Part shown: in pieces, positions 40,001-50,600 of the stretch
Layout: the number at the start of each line of letters is the position of its first letter
Numbering within the stretch: position 1 is the first letter of the stretch
Assembly: GCA_035084275.1 (NCBI GenBank)
Contig: CM068754.1
Coordinates: forward strand, 18,414,001-18,478,000
Reading direction: 5' to 3'
Length of the DNA: 64,000 nt
Source: Hydrolagus colliei
Lineage: Eukaryota
The notes under the pieces: generated by a model
Databases searched by the model: none
The model's input: the letters and a program-made list of their open reading frames with translations, nothing else
What the model was told of the DNA's origin: nothing
Position numbers and translations under genes: made by a program

Positions 40001-40523
40001 CCGATTTCTTTTTTTTTGAGGGATTATAATCAGGTCTGTGTATGTGTATGTATGTGTGCATGTGTATGCGTGTGCGTGTGTGCGCGTGCGTGTGTGGAGT
40101 ACGGAAACTTGCCCAAGGTTTCGTCCTGACCCTGCCTGGGGATCGAACCCGCAGACCTCTCTCGCTTGGCGCGAGGCGAGCGCTCTGACTAACCACCGAG
40201 AGCCACGGCTGTGCGGTCAGTCGTTGCTGTTGACCTACTTTGCTGCGCTGTGTAACGTTTCTGTTTCCCCCCCCCCCCCCCCCCCAGCCGTGACGGAGTC
40301 CCGTTCCTGATGCACGACATCACCCTGCGCAGGACCACCAATGTGCAGGCCGTGTTTCCGGAGAGAGCCGGAGACAACGCCTCGACCTTCACGTGGGCCG
40401 AGCTGCGGCAGCTCAACGCTGGCGAGTGGTTTCTGGAGGTGAAGAGAGAGAAAAACGTTGTTAAAATAAACTCCTTCTTTTTTTAATCCCGTGACACCCA
40501 ACGCACCCTGGGTGGGGGGGGGG

Positions 40524-40565
<42 letters not shown>

Positions 40566-43500
40566 GCAGCCAACAACAACAACAACATTCCACTTGTATA
40601 GAGGCTTTCGGGTCAGGAGGACGTCCCAAGGCGCTGGACAGTCGTTGTTTCAGACCCGAGGTGGGGTCGGGGAGGGGGGGAGGGTGGAGGGAAAAGTGGG
40701 GGGATTTGGGGGGGGTGATCGATGGGACCGTCGAAGAGGAGGGTCAAACGCTGAGACGCAAACGCATACAGCACACGCTAGAGCCAATAGGTAGTGTAGT
40801 CATCCACAACCCAAAACTTCAATCGATCAACTCTCAACTGTCCATTGTGCACGCCGGCAGTACTGTAATGTGTTTGCTGAACGAACCATCTCTCTCCCTC
40901 TGGTTGCTTTTAGAAAGACCCGTTCAACACTGCGAGGTCCCTGACCAGGGAGGCCCAGACTACAGCCAAAAGCCAGAACATCAGCTCCTTAGCTCAGTTA
41001 CTGGAATTGGCCAAAACCACGAACAAGGCTGTAATGTTTGACCTGCGAGTTCCGGACAACGCCTCTCACCCCTTCCACAACTCCACCCTTAACATCACCC
41101 TGGACACCATCCTCAACTCTTCCATCCCTCACCATCTGGTAGGTGAACGCAGGGAAGGCAGAGCAGGTCATGGCTTGGATGTGGGGGGGCAAAGTCAGTT
41201 GAAGATCGATCAAGACACCTGGATTCCTGACTGGGAACAGAGTTAGTTAGAGGAAACAGCCAGGAACATAGAGATAAAGAGAGGAGAGTACCGACATGTG
41301 TAGGTAGTGTGTACATACATAGCTAACTTTGGATCCTCTTAATCATGGTGATGGGTTTCCATGTTTTACTCCTGGGAACCTTCACTATTTCATACATATT
41401 AATGACCTAAATACGTGCGAAATTTCACCTTCTGGGTTTTCTTGGGACAGACACCAGGTCTCCAATAAATAGGCACAAAAACCTGATAGGAATTTAGGAA
41501 AGCCAATTACTCCTTGTTTTCCCATTAATTCTGCGTGTCGGATCTGATCAGTCCACTTAATTTACATGAGTCACGTTCAGCGTACGTTTGGGTGCAGTGT
41601 GTGTTCTTGAGAACCTGCCAGTGACTGGATCCTGATGCCTGCGTTTGACTACAGGTCCTGTGGCTTTCTGACAGCAATGAGAGCTCAGTGCCCTACGACT
41701 TCCAGCAAGTCCTGAAAGACACCCCAGCTGCAGAGACACTGGACGGAAAGCACACCCTCATTAACCTTCAATACAGCAACATCAGCTACACACAGATACG
41801 GTGAGTCACAGCGCTCTAGCCTTTGGCTCTGAGAGCCAGCGATGCACACGCACTCTACCCTGGCAATGAGAGAAGCTGTAAATAATGTGTGATTGACTGG
41901 AATATTGTGTGTAAGGCAGGTTCACAGTATGGTCGACAGTGAACTACACAGCTGAACCATCCTCTGTGTTACCAGATGGTGTCTAGCTGTCAGTGTTCAT
42001 GTGTCCCTAGGGAGTACACGGAGCGAAACATCACCGTAAACCTCTACGTCGTGAACGAGCCCTGGCTCTTCTCCGTGCTGTGGTGCGCCAAGGTCAGTTC
42101 CGTCACCACCGACTCCTGCCACCTCTTCCAGGAGATGTCGCGGCCGGTGTGGCTTATGGTGAGTGACCGACGCACTCAAAGCGCGTCCACCTAAAACAGG
42201 CACTGACTTCATGCGAACACCTCGTCTCAAAGGACAGCGGCTCAGAAGACAAGGCAGTGTTTCCCCCCGCCAACCAGTGGAGCCCCAGCCTGGAGCCCAA
42301 GCCCCAAACACTCGATGGGACAGTGGAAGATACTCTCTCGGAGATGCTTGGTTGGGGGGTGATGGGGGTGGGGATTGGATGTTGAGGGAGGGGCGGTTCT
42401 GAGGGCAGAGATGTTTCAGCGTTGTGTACAGGCAGCAACCATTCCTCTGTCCTATATTGGAGTCCTGTAGCTCAGAGGTTAGTTAGACCACTCGCCTCGC
42501 AAGCCAGAGAGACCTGGGTCCGATTCCCTGCAGGTCAGGTCAGGGCGAGACCTTGGAGAAGTTTCCTTACTCCACAGGCCTGATAAAAATCCCTCATGGA
42601 AAAAATAAAAAGAAATTGTTCATTCAATCCATGGGGGGGTTTGTGGGGGACGCTGCTGTGCGCAATTGGCTGCTGTGTTTCGCCCAAAGATCTACAGTCA
42701 ATTCACTTTACAGTATATTCTTTGAGACGTCTGAAAAAGCGCGATATCAAATGTAAGGATTGTTATTATTATTTGCCCCCAGGATCCTGGCACCTATTTA
42801 AAAATATGGATCAGCGCTGATGTCACCTCGTTTCTCCTTATCCTGGGAATGTTCTTCCTCCAGAGGTAAGGAACGCTGGAACCAGGTTCTTGAGCCCATG
42901 TCCTTGAACATTTTCAAGGCTGAGACTGATAGATTGTTTTTTTAAATAGAGGGATTAGGGGATGTGGGGATAGGGCAGGTAATCAGAGTTGGGTCAGAAG
43001 ATCAGCCATGATCTTATCGAATGGCAGGGCAGGCTCGAGGGGCTGAATGGTCTACTCCTGCTTCTTATGTTCCAATTCTCTATGTTCTGTACACGGCTGC
43101 ACTTTTGTTACTCAATAATGACAACGTGTCTCTCTGTGTGGCTCAGGTGGAGATATGAAAGACGCCTTAAAGGTAGGAAAACCTTGTGAGAAAACACTTT
43201 TACATCATGTATTACAATAGATATGTAACCGCCCTTTATATACAGTAGATATATATATATAGTATATATACAGTATATATGTTTATAGATATATCTCCCA
43301 TTGCATTGGATTTTTCTGGCTGTGACTCACTTCTAGGTGCAAATCATCCACAACTCTCTGTGGCTCATGTTCTCTTCCGCAACAGGCTTTGTGACCCCCC
43401 ACATCTCACCAACCCTCACCCGGCTCCTACAGCTCCCTATCCCTCGGAGGATCGAGTTCAAAATCCTCATCCTCCCCTTCAATGCCCTCCACGGCATTTA

Positions 43501-43768
43501 CCCCCACCCCCCCCACCACCTCCTACCCCCTCTCTGCTCAGCTCAAACCCTTAACTGCCTCTCTGCTCAGCTGTCTACAGCCTGCTCCGTTGGACACTTG
43601 GGTGTCGTTGTGTTGAGGGTGAGCGCTGTGTTGCCAGTGTTGGGGTGGGCATCGGGGTGGGGGTTGGGGGCGGCGATGGGATCCGTAACAGTGATTGCCT
43701 TTTATTCCATTTCTTTTGCAGCGACATTCATTATTAGACAATCGGGGGTGATAAACACCATTCTGTGA
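32513..43768 (+). CDS. GDPD2: Glycerophosphodiester phosphodiesterase domain-containing 2 (GDE3), 15 coding exons, ~533 aa if the 1-nt deletion in exon 2 is corrected
   Basis: Multi-pass TM N-terminus; GDPD motifs [26 protein letters not shown] and [12 protein letters not shown]; final TM helix; short C-tail like GDPD2 rather than GDPD5; neighbours KIF4 and NLGN3 as on human Xq13. Confidence 0.9.
33390..33560 (+). repeat. Composite tandem repeat (cacagtgatctgccct / cactgagatgtaccct), ~50 bp x3
   Basis: Read directly. Confidence 0.85.
33586..33740 (+). mobile_element. Penelope-like element terminal-repeat remnant with hammerhead motif
   Basis: agttCTGACGAagggttgtagacgcGAAACGTTgactc...gctgcctgacctgccgagtt...tttcagattcccag resembles chondrichthyan Penelope-type ends as I recall them; preceded by a short inverted copy. 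Confidence 0.65.
33604..33640 (+). ncRNA. Minimal type I hammerhead ribozyme motif
   Basis: CUGAnGA and GAAA core, palindromic ACGU helix III, GUU cleavage triplet, 4-bp stem I, imperfect stem II. Confidence 0.55.
34884..34986 (+). CDS. GDPD2: GDPD2 coding exon 2 (103 nt; apparent 1-nt deletion at ~34902-34903)
   Basis: AEYAWF(G)/[27 protein letters not shown](W); ttgcag| and |gtgagt. Confidence 0.85.
35427..35520 (+). CDS. GDPD2: GDPD2 coding exon 3
   Basis: [31 protein letters not shown]; AG/GT. Confidence 0.9.
36298..36357 (+). CDS. GDPD2: GDPD2 coding exon 4
   Basis: [20 protein letters not shown]; AG/GT. Confidence 0.9.
37117..37215 (+). CDS. GDPD2: GDPD2 coding exon 5
   Basis: [33 protein letters not shown]; AG/GT. 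Confidence 0.9.
38006..38096 (+). CDS. GDPD2: GDPD2 coding exon 6 (GC donor)
   Basis: [30 protein letters not shown]; the phase-1 donor required by the next exon is AG|GCAAGT. Confidence 0.85.
38326..38471 (+). CDS. GDPD2: GDPD2 coding exon 7
   Basis: [48 protein letters not shown]. Confidence 0.92.
38503..38775 (+). repeat. ~55-bp tandem repeat (about 4.5 units); related copies at ~23250-23325 (+) and 63895-64000 (-)
   Basis: ctaaccctgacctgggagtgt...agtgtagagggag... recurs at 38557, 38612, 38667 and 38726. Confidence 0.9.
38845..38927 (+). CDS. GDPD2: GDPD2 coding exon 8
   Basis: [27 protein letters not shown]. Confidence 0.92.
39770..40210 (-). mobile_element. Full-length tRNA SINE copy
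   Basis: Head, core and tail. Confidence 0.85.
40288..40438 (+). CDS. GDPD2: GDPD2 coding exon 9
   Basis: [50 protein letters not shown]. Confidence 0.93.
40914..41138 (+). CDS. GDPD2: GDPD2 coding exon 10
   Basis: [10 protein letters not shown]...AVMFDLRVP...[10 protein letters not shown]; AG/GT. Confidence 0.9.
41655..41800 (+). CDS. GDPD2: GDPD2 coding exon 11
   Basis: [19 protein letters not shown]...[13 protein letters not shown]; AG/GT, phases consistent. Confidence 0.88.
42011..42158 (+). CDS. GDPD2: GDPD2 coding exon 12
   Basis: [49 protein letters not shown]. Confidence 0.93.
42460..42773 (+). mobile_element. Full-length tRNA SINE abutting the GDPD2 exon 13 acceptor
   Basis: Head to (TTA)n tail. 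Confidence 0.85.
42783..42865 (+). CDS. GDPD2: GDPD2 coding exon 13 (last TM helix)
   Basis: [27 protein letters not shown]; cccccag| and |gtaagg. Confidence 0.9.
42890..43085 (+). mobile_element. CR1 LINE 3' fragment. Others: ~25130-25206 (+), 39401-39470 (-), 63540-63680 (-)
   Basis: gatcagccatgatct...ggctcgaggggctgaatgg..tactcctgc; the other copies end in (ATTCTATG)n. Confidence 0.7.
43147..43172 (+). CDS. GDPD2: GDPD2 coding exon 14 (26 nt)
   Basis: gctcag|[10 protein letters not shown]|gtagga; phases 2/1 fit the flanking exons. Confidence 0.7.
43722..43768 (+). CDS. GDPD2: GDPD2 terminal coding exon
   Basis: Strong acceptor ccatttcttttgcag|, (A)[14 protein letters not shown]; AATAAA candidates near 44148, 44297 and 44365. 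Confidence 0.6.
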
Positions 43769-43889
43769 GCAGGCGGGCAGGCAGGCAGGCTGGACGGGAT
43801 CACTGAGGAAGCAGTTTACAGACAATTTCAGACAAAAGTCCGCTCACATTACGAGGAGAATTCTTCGTGTTGACAACGTGACGTGCGAA

Positions 43890-43990
43890 CGGCGAAATCC
43901 TGGAAATCTGAAGCCAGAACAGAAGTCGCTGGGCACTCTCAGAACAAGAAGGAAAAGTGAGTCAATGCTTCAGGTCCACGACCTCAAACG
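43890..43990 (-). mobile_element. Degenerate second copy of the same Penelope-like end
   Basis: Reverse strand reads gaggtcgtggacctgaagcattgactc...cttcagatttccag; the hammerhead core is mutated. Confidence 0.45.
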
Positions 43991-44529
43991 AAGGCTGGTG
44001 AACCCGGAAACGTTGAATTGAATGTATATTTGTGGGCGAAAAGTGGAAGCCCAATTGTGCACAGCTGTATTCCACACACCGTCTTGGATTGCAAATGACC
44101 AATTTATTACAGTACCGTAGTAGGGTTTTGTTCTTACTGTAAAGTAGAATAAATCTTTGGCAGTAAACGTGGCCGCCCAGTTTGCCATGCCCCACAAACG
44201 GCCGCAACCGATTTTATCTCAAGTGACTGCAAACGAGCCTGTTATCGAAATATTCCTGTAATTTTTTTTTAATGAGATTTCCAGTACAACAACAGCAATA
44301 AAGTTACACTTGTATAAGCGCCTTTCACCTCGGGAGGACCGTCCCAAGGCGCTGGATAACTGTGAATAAAAGAAGTAACTCTCAAGATGTCACCCCATCC
44401 CACCTGAGCCTGGTTGTGTTTATTGTTTCTGGACCATTGTGTAACAGGCTCGATGAAGAGATGGACTGACCAGCCAGCCGCTCCAATACCTTGCCCAGAA
44501 AAGCATTTACTGCAGTGGTGGCCAGCCTT

Positions 44530-46150
44530 CAGTGGGGGGTAGGGAGGGGAGGGCAGGGCTGGGGAGATCAGTGGGGGGTGGGGAGGGGAGGGCAGGGCTG
44601 GGGAGATCAGTGGGGGGTGGGGAGGGGAGGGCAGGGCTGGGGAGATCAGTGGGGGGTGAGGAGGGGAGGGCTGGGGAGATCAGTGGGGGTTTGGGGAGGG
44701 CAGGGCTGGGGAGATCAGGGGGGGGGGTTGGGGAGGGGAGGGCTGGGGAGAGCGGGGGGGGGGGGGGGGTTGGGGAGGGGAGGGCTGGGGAGAGCAGGGG
44801 GGGTTGGGGAGGGCTGGGGAGATCAGGGGGGGGGTTGGGGAGGGGAGGGCTGGGGAGATCAGGGGGGGTTGGGGAGGGGAGGGCTGGGGAGATCAGGGGT
44901 GTTGGGGAGGGGAGGGCTGGGGTGTTGGGGAGGGCTGGGGAGAGCAGGGGTGTTGGGGAGGGCTGGGGAGAGCAGGGGTGTTGGGGAGGGCTGGGGAGAG
45001 CAGGGGGGTAGGGGAGGGGAGGGCTGGGGAGAGCAGGGGGGTAGGGGAGGGGAGGGCTGGGGAGAGCAGGGGTGTTGGGGAGGGGAGGGCTGGGGAGAGC
45101 AGGGGTGTTGGGGAGGGGAGGGCTGGGGAGAGCAGGGGTGTTGGGGAGGGGAGGGCTGGGGAGAGCAGGGGTGTTGGGGAGGGGAGGGCTGGGGAGAGCA
45201 GAGGTGTTGGGGAGGGGAGGGCTGGGGAGAGCAGGGGTGTTGGGGAGGGGAGGGCTGGGGAGAGCAGGGGTGTTGGGGAGGGGAGAGCAGGGGGGTAGGG
45301 GAGGGCTGGGGAGAGCAGGGGGGGGGTAGGGGAGGGGAGGGCTGGGGAGAGCAGGGGGGGGTAGGGGAGGGGAGGGCTGGGGAGAGCAGGGGGGTAGGGG
45401 AGGGGAGGGCTGGGGAGAGCAGGGGGGGGTAGGGGAGGGGAGGGCTGGGGAGAGCAGGGGGGTAGGGGAGGGGAGGGCTGGGGAGAGCAGGGGGTAGGGG
45501 AGGGGAGGGCTGGGGAGAGCAGGGGGGTAGGGGAGGGGAGGGCTGGGGAGAGCAGGGGTGTTGGGGAGGGGAGGGCTGGGGAGAGCAGGGGTGTTGGGGA
45601 GGGCTGGGGAGAGCAGGGGTGTTGGGGAGGGCTGGGGAGAGCAGGGGGGTAGGGGAGGGGAGGGCTGGGGAGAGCAGGGGGGTAGGGGAGGGGAGGGCTG
45701 GGGAGAGCAGGGGTGTTGGGGAGGGGAGGGCTGGGGAGAGCAGGGGTGTTGGGGAGGGCTGGGGAGAGCAGGGGGGTAGGGGAGGGGAGGGCTGGGGAGA
45801 GCCGGGGGGTAGGGTAGGGGAGGGGAGGGCTGGGGAGAGCAGGGGGGTAGGGGAGGGGAGGGCTGGGGAGAGCAGGGGGGTAGGGGAGGGCTGGGGAGAG
45901 CAGAGGTGTTGGGGAGGGGAGGGCTGGGGAGAGCAGGGGTGTTGGGGAGGGGAGGGCTGGGGAGAGCAGGGGTGTTGGGGAGGGGAGGGCTGGGGAGAGC
46001 AGGGGTGTTGGGGAGGGCTGGGGAGAGCAGGGGTGTTGGGGAGGGGAGGGCTGGGGAGAGCAGGGATTGGGTGGGGAGGGCAGGGGTGAGGAAGGGAGGA
46101 CTGGGGTGGGTGGGGAGGGCAGGGGTGAGGAAGGGAGGGCTGGGGTGGGT
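44530..46150 (+). repeat. G-rich minisatellite, unit ~28-34 nt (GGGGAGGGGAGGGCTGGGGAGAGCAGGGGTGTT)
   Basis: Roughly 50 tandem units read directly. Confidence 0.95.
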
Positions 46151-46169
46151 GGGTGCGGGGTAGAGGTGG

Positions 46170-46420
46170 AGAAGATCCGACGCCGTTTCCATGCCAACCG
46201 CAGCGGGGACGTGGTGACGCGTGACGCACGGGGACGCGGACGCGATGACGCTACGACGCCGCGACACGGCGCGGACGCTGATTGGCTGTAATCCGCGCGG
46301 TCGGCGTTTAAACTTGGAGCGCGGGCAGCGGTTAACGGTTGCTGTCTGACACCGAGGCGGCAACTCCACAGGCCTGAGACAGACAGAGAGAGACAGAGGG
46401 AGGGGGGAGAGAGGTAGGCG
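46170..46420 (+). promoter_or_regulatory. KIF4 CpG-rich promoter and probable non-coding first exon (donor ~46414)
   Basis: Highest CpG density in the window; ATTGG (CCAAT) at 46281, TTTAAA CHR-like site ~46307, MYB-type CGGTTAACGG ~46329, CRE half-sites, X-box-like GTTTCCATGCCAAC at 46185. Confidence 0.7.
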
Positions 46421-47531
46421 GCGGGGGACAGGCCCGGGGTACAGAGAGAGAGAGCGCGGGAGGCTTGGGAGCGGGCTCTGGGTCACGGCCACAGTTTGAG
46501 GTGCAGCTGAAGCCGTGACAGGGACAGGCCCCGAGACACAGTGGGGGGTGGGGGGGGGGAGTGGGAGGGGAGAGTGGGAATGGGGGGGAGGAAGTGGGGG
46601 GAGGGAGGAGAGAGAATGGTGGGGAGGGAGAGAGTGGGCGGGGGGGGAGGAGAGTGGGGGGGGGGGGGAGAAAAGGGGGAGGGGAGAAGGGGGGGAGGGG
46701 GGGGGGAGAAGGGAGGGGGGGGGGAGAAGGGGAGGAACTTAATAATAGTGCAATTACAACAACAACAACTTTGATTTATAACTGTGTTAATAATCTCTCA
46801 AAAAAAGATTAAAAATTGGTCATTTTCAACCCACAGCTATGTGTGTATATAATATATATATATATATACACAGTCAACTCACTTTACAGTATATTCTGTG
46901 AAGCGCTTTGAGACACAGTCTGGAAGATAGATTTTCGATAGCAGATCCCAGAATTATTATTATTATTATTATTATAATACGCCAAACACGGCAGTGAGTC
47001 ACGGCCGTGAGTCTGAAACGGTCGCAAAGGTGGCTTGAGGGGGGGGGGGGGGGGACACTCGGCAGGTCAGGCAGCAGCTATGGAGAGAGTGAAGCTATGA
47101 AGAGAGAGAGAGAGAGAGAGAGAGGAGGCTTCGGGGACAGCTGTTCATAATGTATAACTAAAGTGGGGGGTGGGTGGGTGAGGTGGAGGATTGCGACAGG
47201 ACAGGCAGCAGTACAGGGAGAAACGTATGTTCTGGTGAAGCGCTTTGAGGCGTCTAGAAGACGTGGAAAGCGCTGTGTCAAATGCAAGGATTATTATTAT
47301 TATTACTGATAATCAAAGATTTGTCTGAGACCCAGGTGATGTGGGGGGGGGGGTGAGCTGTTAATGGTCTGAACTATGGCCAGGTGAGACTATAGCCTGG
47401 GTAGGGGGTGGGGGGAGGGGGAGGTGCCTTTGGTCAATATCACTGATACTGGTCAGGTGCACTAAGCGGGGGGGGGGGGGGGGATTTATTATCACTGTGT
47501 GAGAATAATCTGTACTCTTGTTGATAGGACG

Positions 47532-47651
47532 ATGGGAGAGGAGGGAAAGGTTATTCCCGTGCGTGTGGCCTTGCGATGCCGTCCGCTGGTGCCAAAGGAA
47601 ACCCGCGAGGGGTGTCGGGAATGCTTGACTTTCGTCTCCGGAAACCCCCAG
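47532..47651 (+). CDS. KIF4A: KIF4 coding exon 1
   Basis: Acceptor ends 47527; [40 protein letters not shown]. Confidence 0.95.
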
Positions 47652-50600
47652 GTGAGTGGCGGGGTGCATGTCGTCGCCGATGTCTCCTTCGGGGCTGAGC
47701 TGAGCTTTACCTGGAGTTACGTACCTGGAGTACATGTATTACGTGCCCGGAGTTGCTCAAGTCTGCTGTTTGCCGGTTTTTCTCCCCTCAGGTTATTTTG
47801 GGGAAGGACAAGCCGTTTACCTACGATTACGTTTTTGATCCGTGTGCCGAGCAAGAGGAGGTTTTCAATTCTGCAGTGGCTCCTCTAATCGACGGCATCT
47901 TCAAAGGTCAGTCAGTATCTGCTGATACGTACGTGTCAAAGCAGCTCCGCTTTAGTGCTTTTGCGTGGACCGGTTTGCAAATGCGACGAGTGCGGAAATG
48001 AAACCATCTCTGAACAGCTCACCCTCTTAACTCCTTCTGCAACAAAGTCCGAAGGAATCGGTTTGCCTGTTATAAGTTGTCACGTGCGGGCAGTGTTTTG
48101 GCCTCACTTTCTGTCGTTGTCGTCATCGTTGTTGTTGTTTGATGACCTGGTTGACTCCTCTATTACAGGATACAATGCCACGGTGTTGGCGTACGGACAG
48201 ACGGGGTCTGGGAAGACCTATTCCATGGGAGGCGCGTACACATCTGCCCAGGAGAATGATCTGAACATTGGAGTCATCCCTAGAGTGATAGAAATGTTGT
48301 TTAGAGTGATTAAAGAACAAACAGATAACAAGGTCACATTGAAGATCTCCTATCTGGAGGTGAGTGCATGGCAGGCTAGATTTATTACCTCTGTTTACCT
48401 TTGATGACTGTTCAAGGTTTTTTTTGGTGTGGAAAAACGCAAAAACTTTGTCCTCAACCACTTGCGCTTGTCTGATTTGGTGACTAAAGGTATGCGTGCG
48501 ATGTGAAGCCTGGGAACGCTACAGATCTCGGAAGCTAATGGAAACTGATGATAGATGGTTTTTTTCTCTCTCTCTCTCTCTCTGCAGATCTACAATGAGG
48601 AGATTATAGACCTAATAGTTCCACCTCATGAAAAATCCCCGATCAGCATCCGTGAGAGTCCCAAAGGAGACATCAAGGTGCGTTGCAGATCAGGAGTGAG
48701 TTCAGAGTCGCTGCTTGCTAACCGTTTACACCAACCATGGTGTAGACTGCTGGTCAGCGCTTCAAGAGGTGGAGGCATTTTGTACCTTGGGAGGTTTAGT
48801 TTTAGCCAAAAATGCTTTGATACAACAGAAGGCCATTAAAAGGATTAGTTTCTCTGTGAAGGAAACCTTTGCTTCACCTGGTTTAATTGGGAAGAGCTAA
48901 ACATATGTGGAGTGCTGGCAGATGCCAAGCTTTACACTACATAATAATAATAATCCTTGCATTTGATATAGTGCTTTTCACATCTTATCGATGTCCCAAA
49001 GCGCCTCACAGAATATACTGTAAAGTGAATTGACTGTTTATTTGTGGGCGAATCGCGGCAGCCAATTGCGCACAGAAGCGTCCCCCGCAAACAGTCGTGA
49101 ATTGAAATGACCAATTTTATTATTGTGGCTTTTTTGGAGGGTGGTAATGAACTCTCACCTGCTTATATCCTGAAAGGGTGTCCTCATCTTGAACTCTTTA
49201 CCACTTCCAGATTGTGGGTCTGACTGAGAAAGTAATCATGGATGCAGAGGATATGGTGAGCTCCCTAGAGCTGGGGAACTCTGGCAGGACTGTTGCCGCG
49301 ACAGCCATGAACTCATATTCCTCCCGGTCACACGCTATATTCACCATCAATGTGGATCAGAGGAAAAAGAGTGACAAGTAAGATTTGAATAAGTAAGATC
49401 CCAATCGTGGGATTGCATAGCGCAAGGGTGATGGGGGAGGCGGGGGAGCAGAGGTTTCTCTCGTAAGAAGATTAGAGGAACGTTGAGTGCTGATGTTTCA
49501 GTGTTTATATCTTAGATTTTTTTTGGTCCAATTTTTTTTAAAAATTGCAGTACAGTCATTTGACTTTTGTACAAGTCAGGTTGGTGTGGTTTGGGTGTTT
49601 CTGTAAGTGCAGCACGAATGAGCAGGAGTGTGTTGGGGAACAGGAGCTGTTGCTGGGGAACTCAGTTTGGAGACATTTTATCTGCTTTCCATCCAGAAAC
49701 GAGGTCCTTCAATCCAAGCTGCACCTTGTGGACCTGGCAGGGTCTGAGCGTCAGAAGAAGACAAAGGCGCAAGGCGACCGCCTGAAGGAAGGCAAGTGCA
49801 CCGTATGTCTCTGCCGCCTTTCCTCCGCGCTGGAGCAGACTCAGCGGGCCGGGAGAAGTCGCGATGTTATGTTTATGCGATTACACGTGTTAATGGTTTA
49901 ACGGTTGCCTTATGGCAGGAATCAACATCAACCTCGGCTTGCTATCACTGGGCAACGTGATCAGTGCACTGGGCGACGAGAACAACCGAACAGGCTTCAT
50001 ACCGTACAGAGCCTCCAAGCTCACCCGCCTGCTACAAGGTGAGCGGGTGTCACGGTCTGATTATACTCTCCGCGCGCGATTAGAGACTTGCCTCTAATGC
50101 AGAGACTGACAGACTGCCTGCCTGTGTGTGTAAAGCTTGTCTTCTCCCTGTCCTTTCAGACTCGCTTGGTGGGAACAGCCACACGTTAATGATTGCTTGT
50201 GTCAGCCCCGCTGATTCCAACTTTGATGAGACGCTGAACACCCTGCGCTATGCTGACCGAGCCAGGAAAATCAAAAACAAACCTGTGGTCAACCATGACC
50301 CCAAGGCTGCTGAGCTGCAGTATCTCAAACAGCAGGTAAACACCGGGCCGCTCACACACCTAACCCTCCCTCTGGCTGGAGCAATGCTCCTCTACTCAAT
50401 ATTGCTCATGGGAGTCTCATTTATCATTCCTTCATAATGAGAGACTGTTGTTTTATCCAATGGTTGCAGCCACAGTTTGTTAAAGTTGCAGCTGAGCTGT
50501 TTTCCTACCTGTGTGAAAATCCTCCCTAGTGCTGCCGGCGTTACATCAGCAGTGCCCTAGACTATCTGGCACCCACCTGGCTCAGGGAACGGACAAGAGA

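Noticed and set aside
43337-43554. Alternative GDPD2 last exon after ttctag
   Set aside because: The sequence is an L2 remnant (HISPTL...RIEFKIL in another frame); the acceptor at 43721 is stronger. Minor exonisation is not excluded.
32513-43768. Assignment as GDPD5 or GDPD4
   Set aside because: The N-terminus has GDPD5-like residues, but the short C-tail and linkage to KIF4/NLGN3 favour GDPD2. A phylogeny would confirm.
44491-46492. Long ORFs of 313-661 aa (Pro- or Gly-rich)
   Set aside because: Translations of the stop-poor G-rich minisatellite, open in several frames on both strands.
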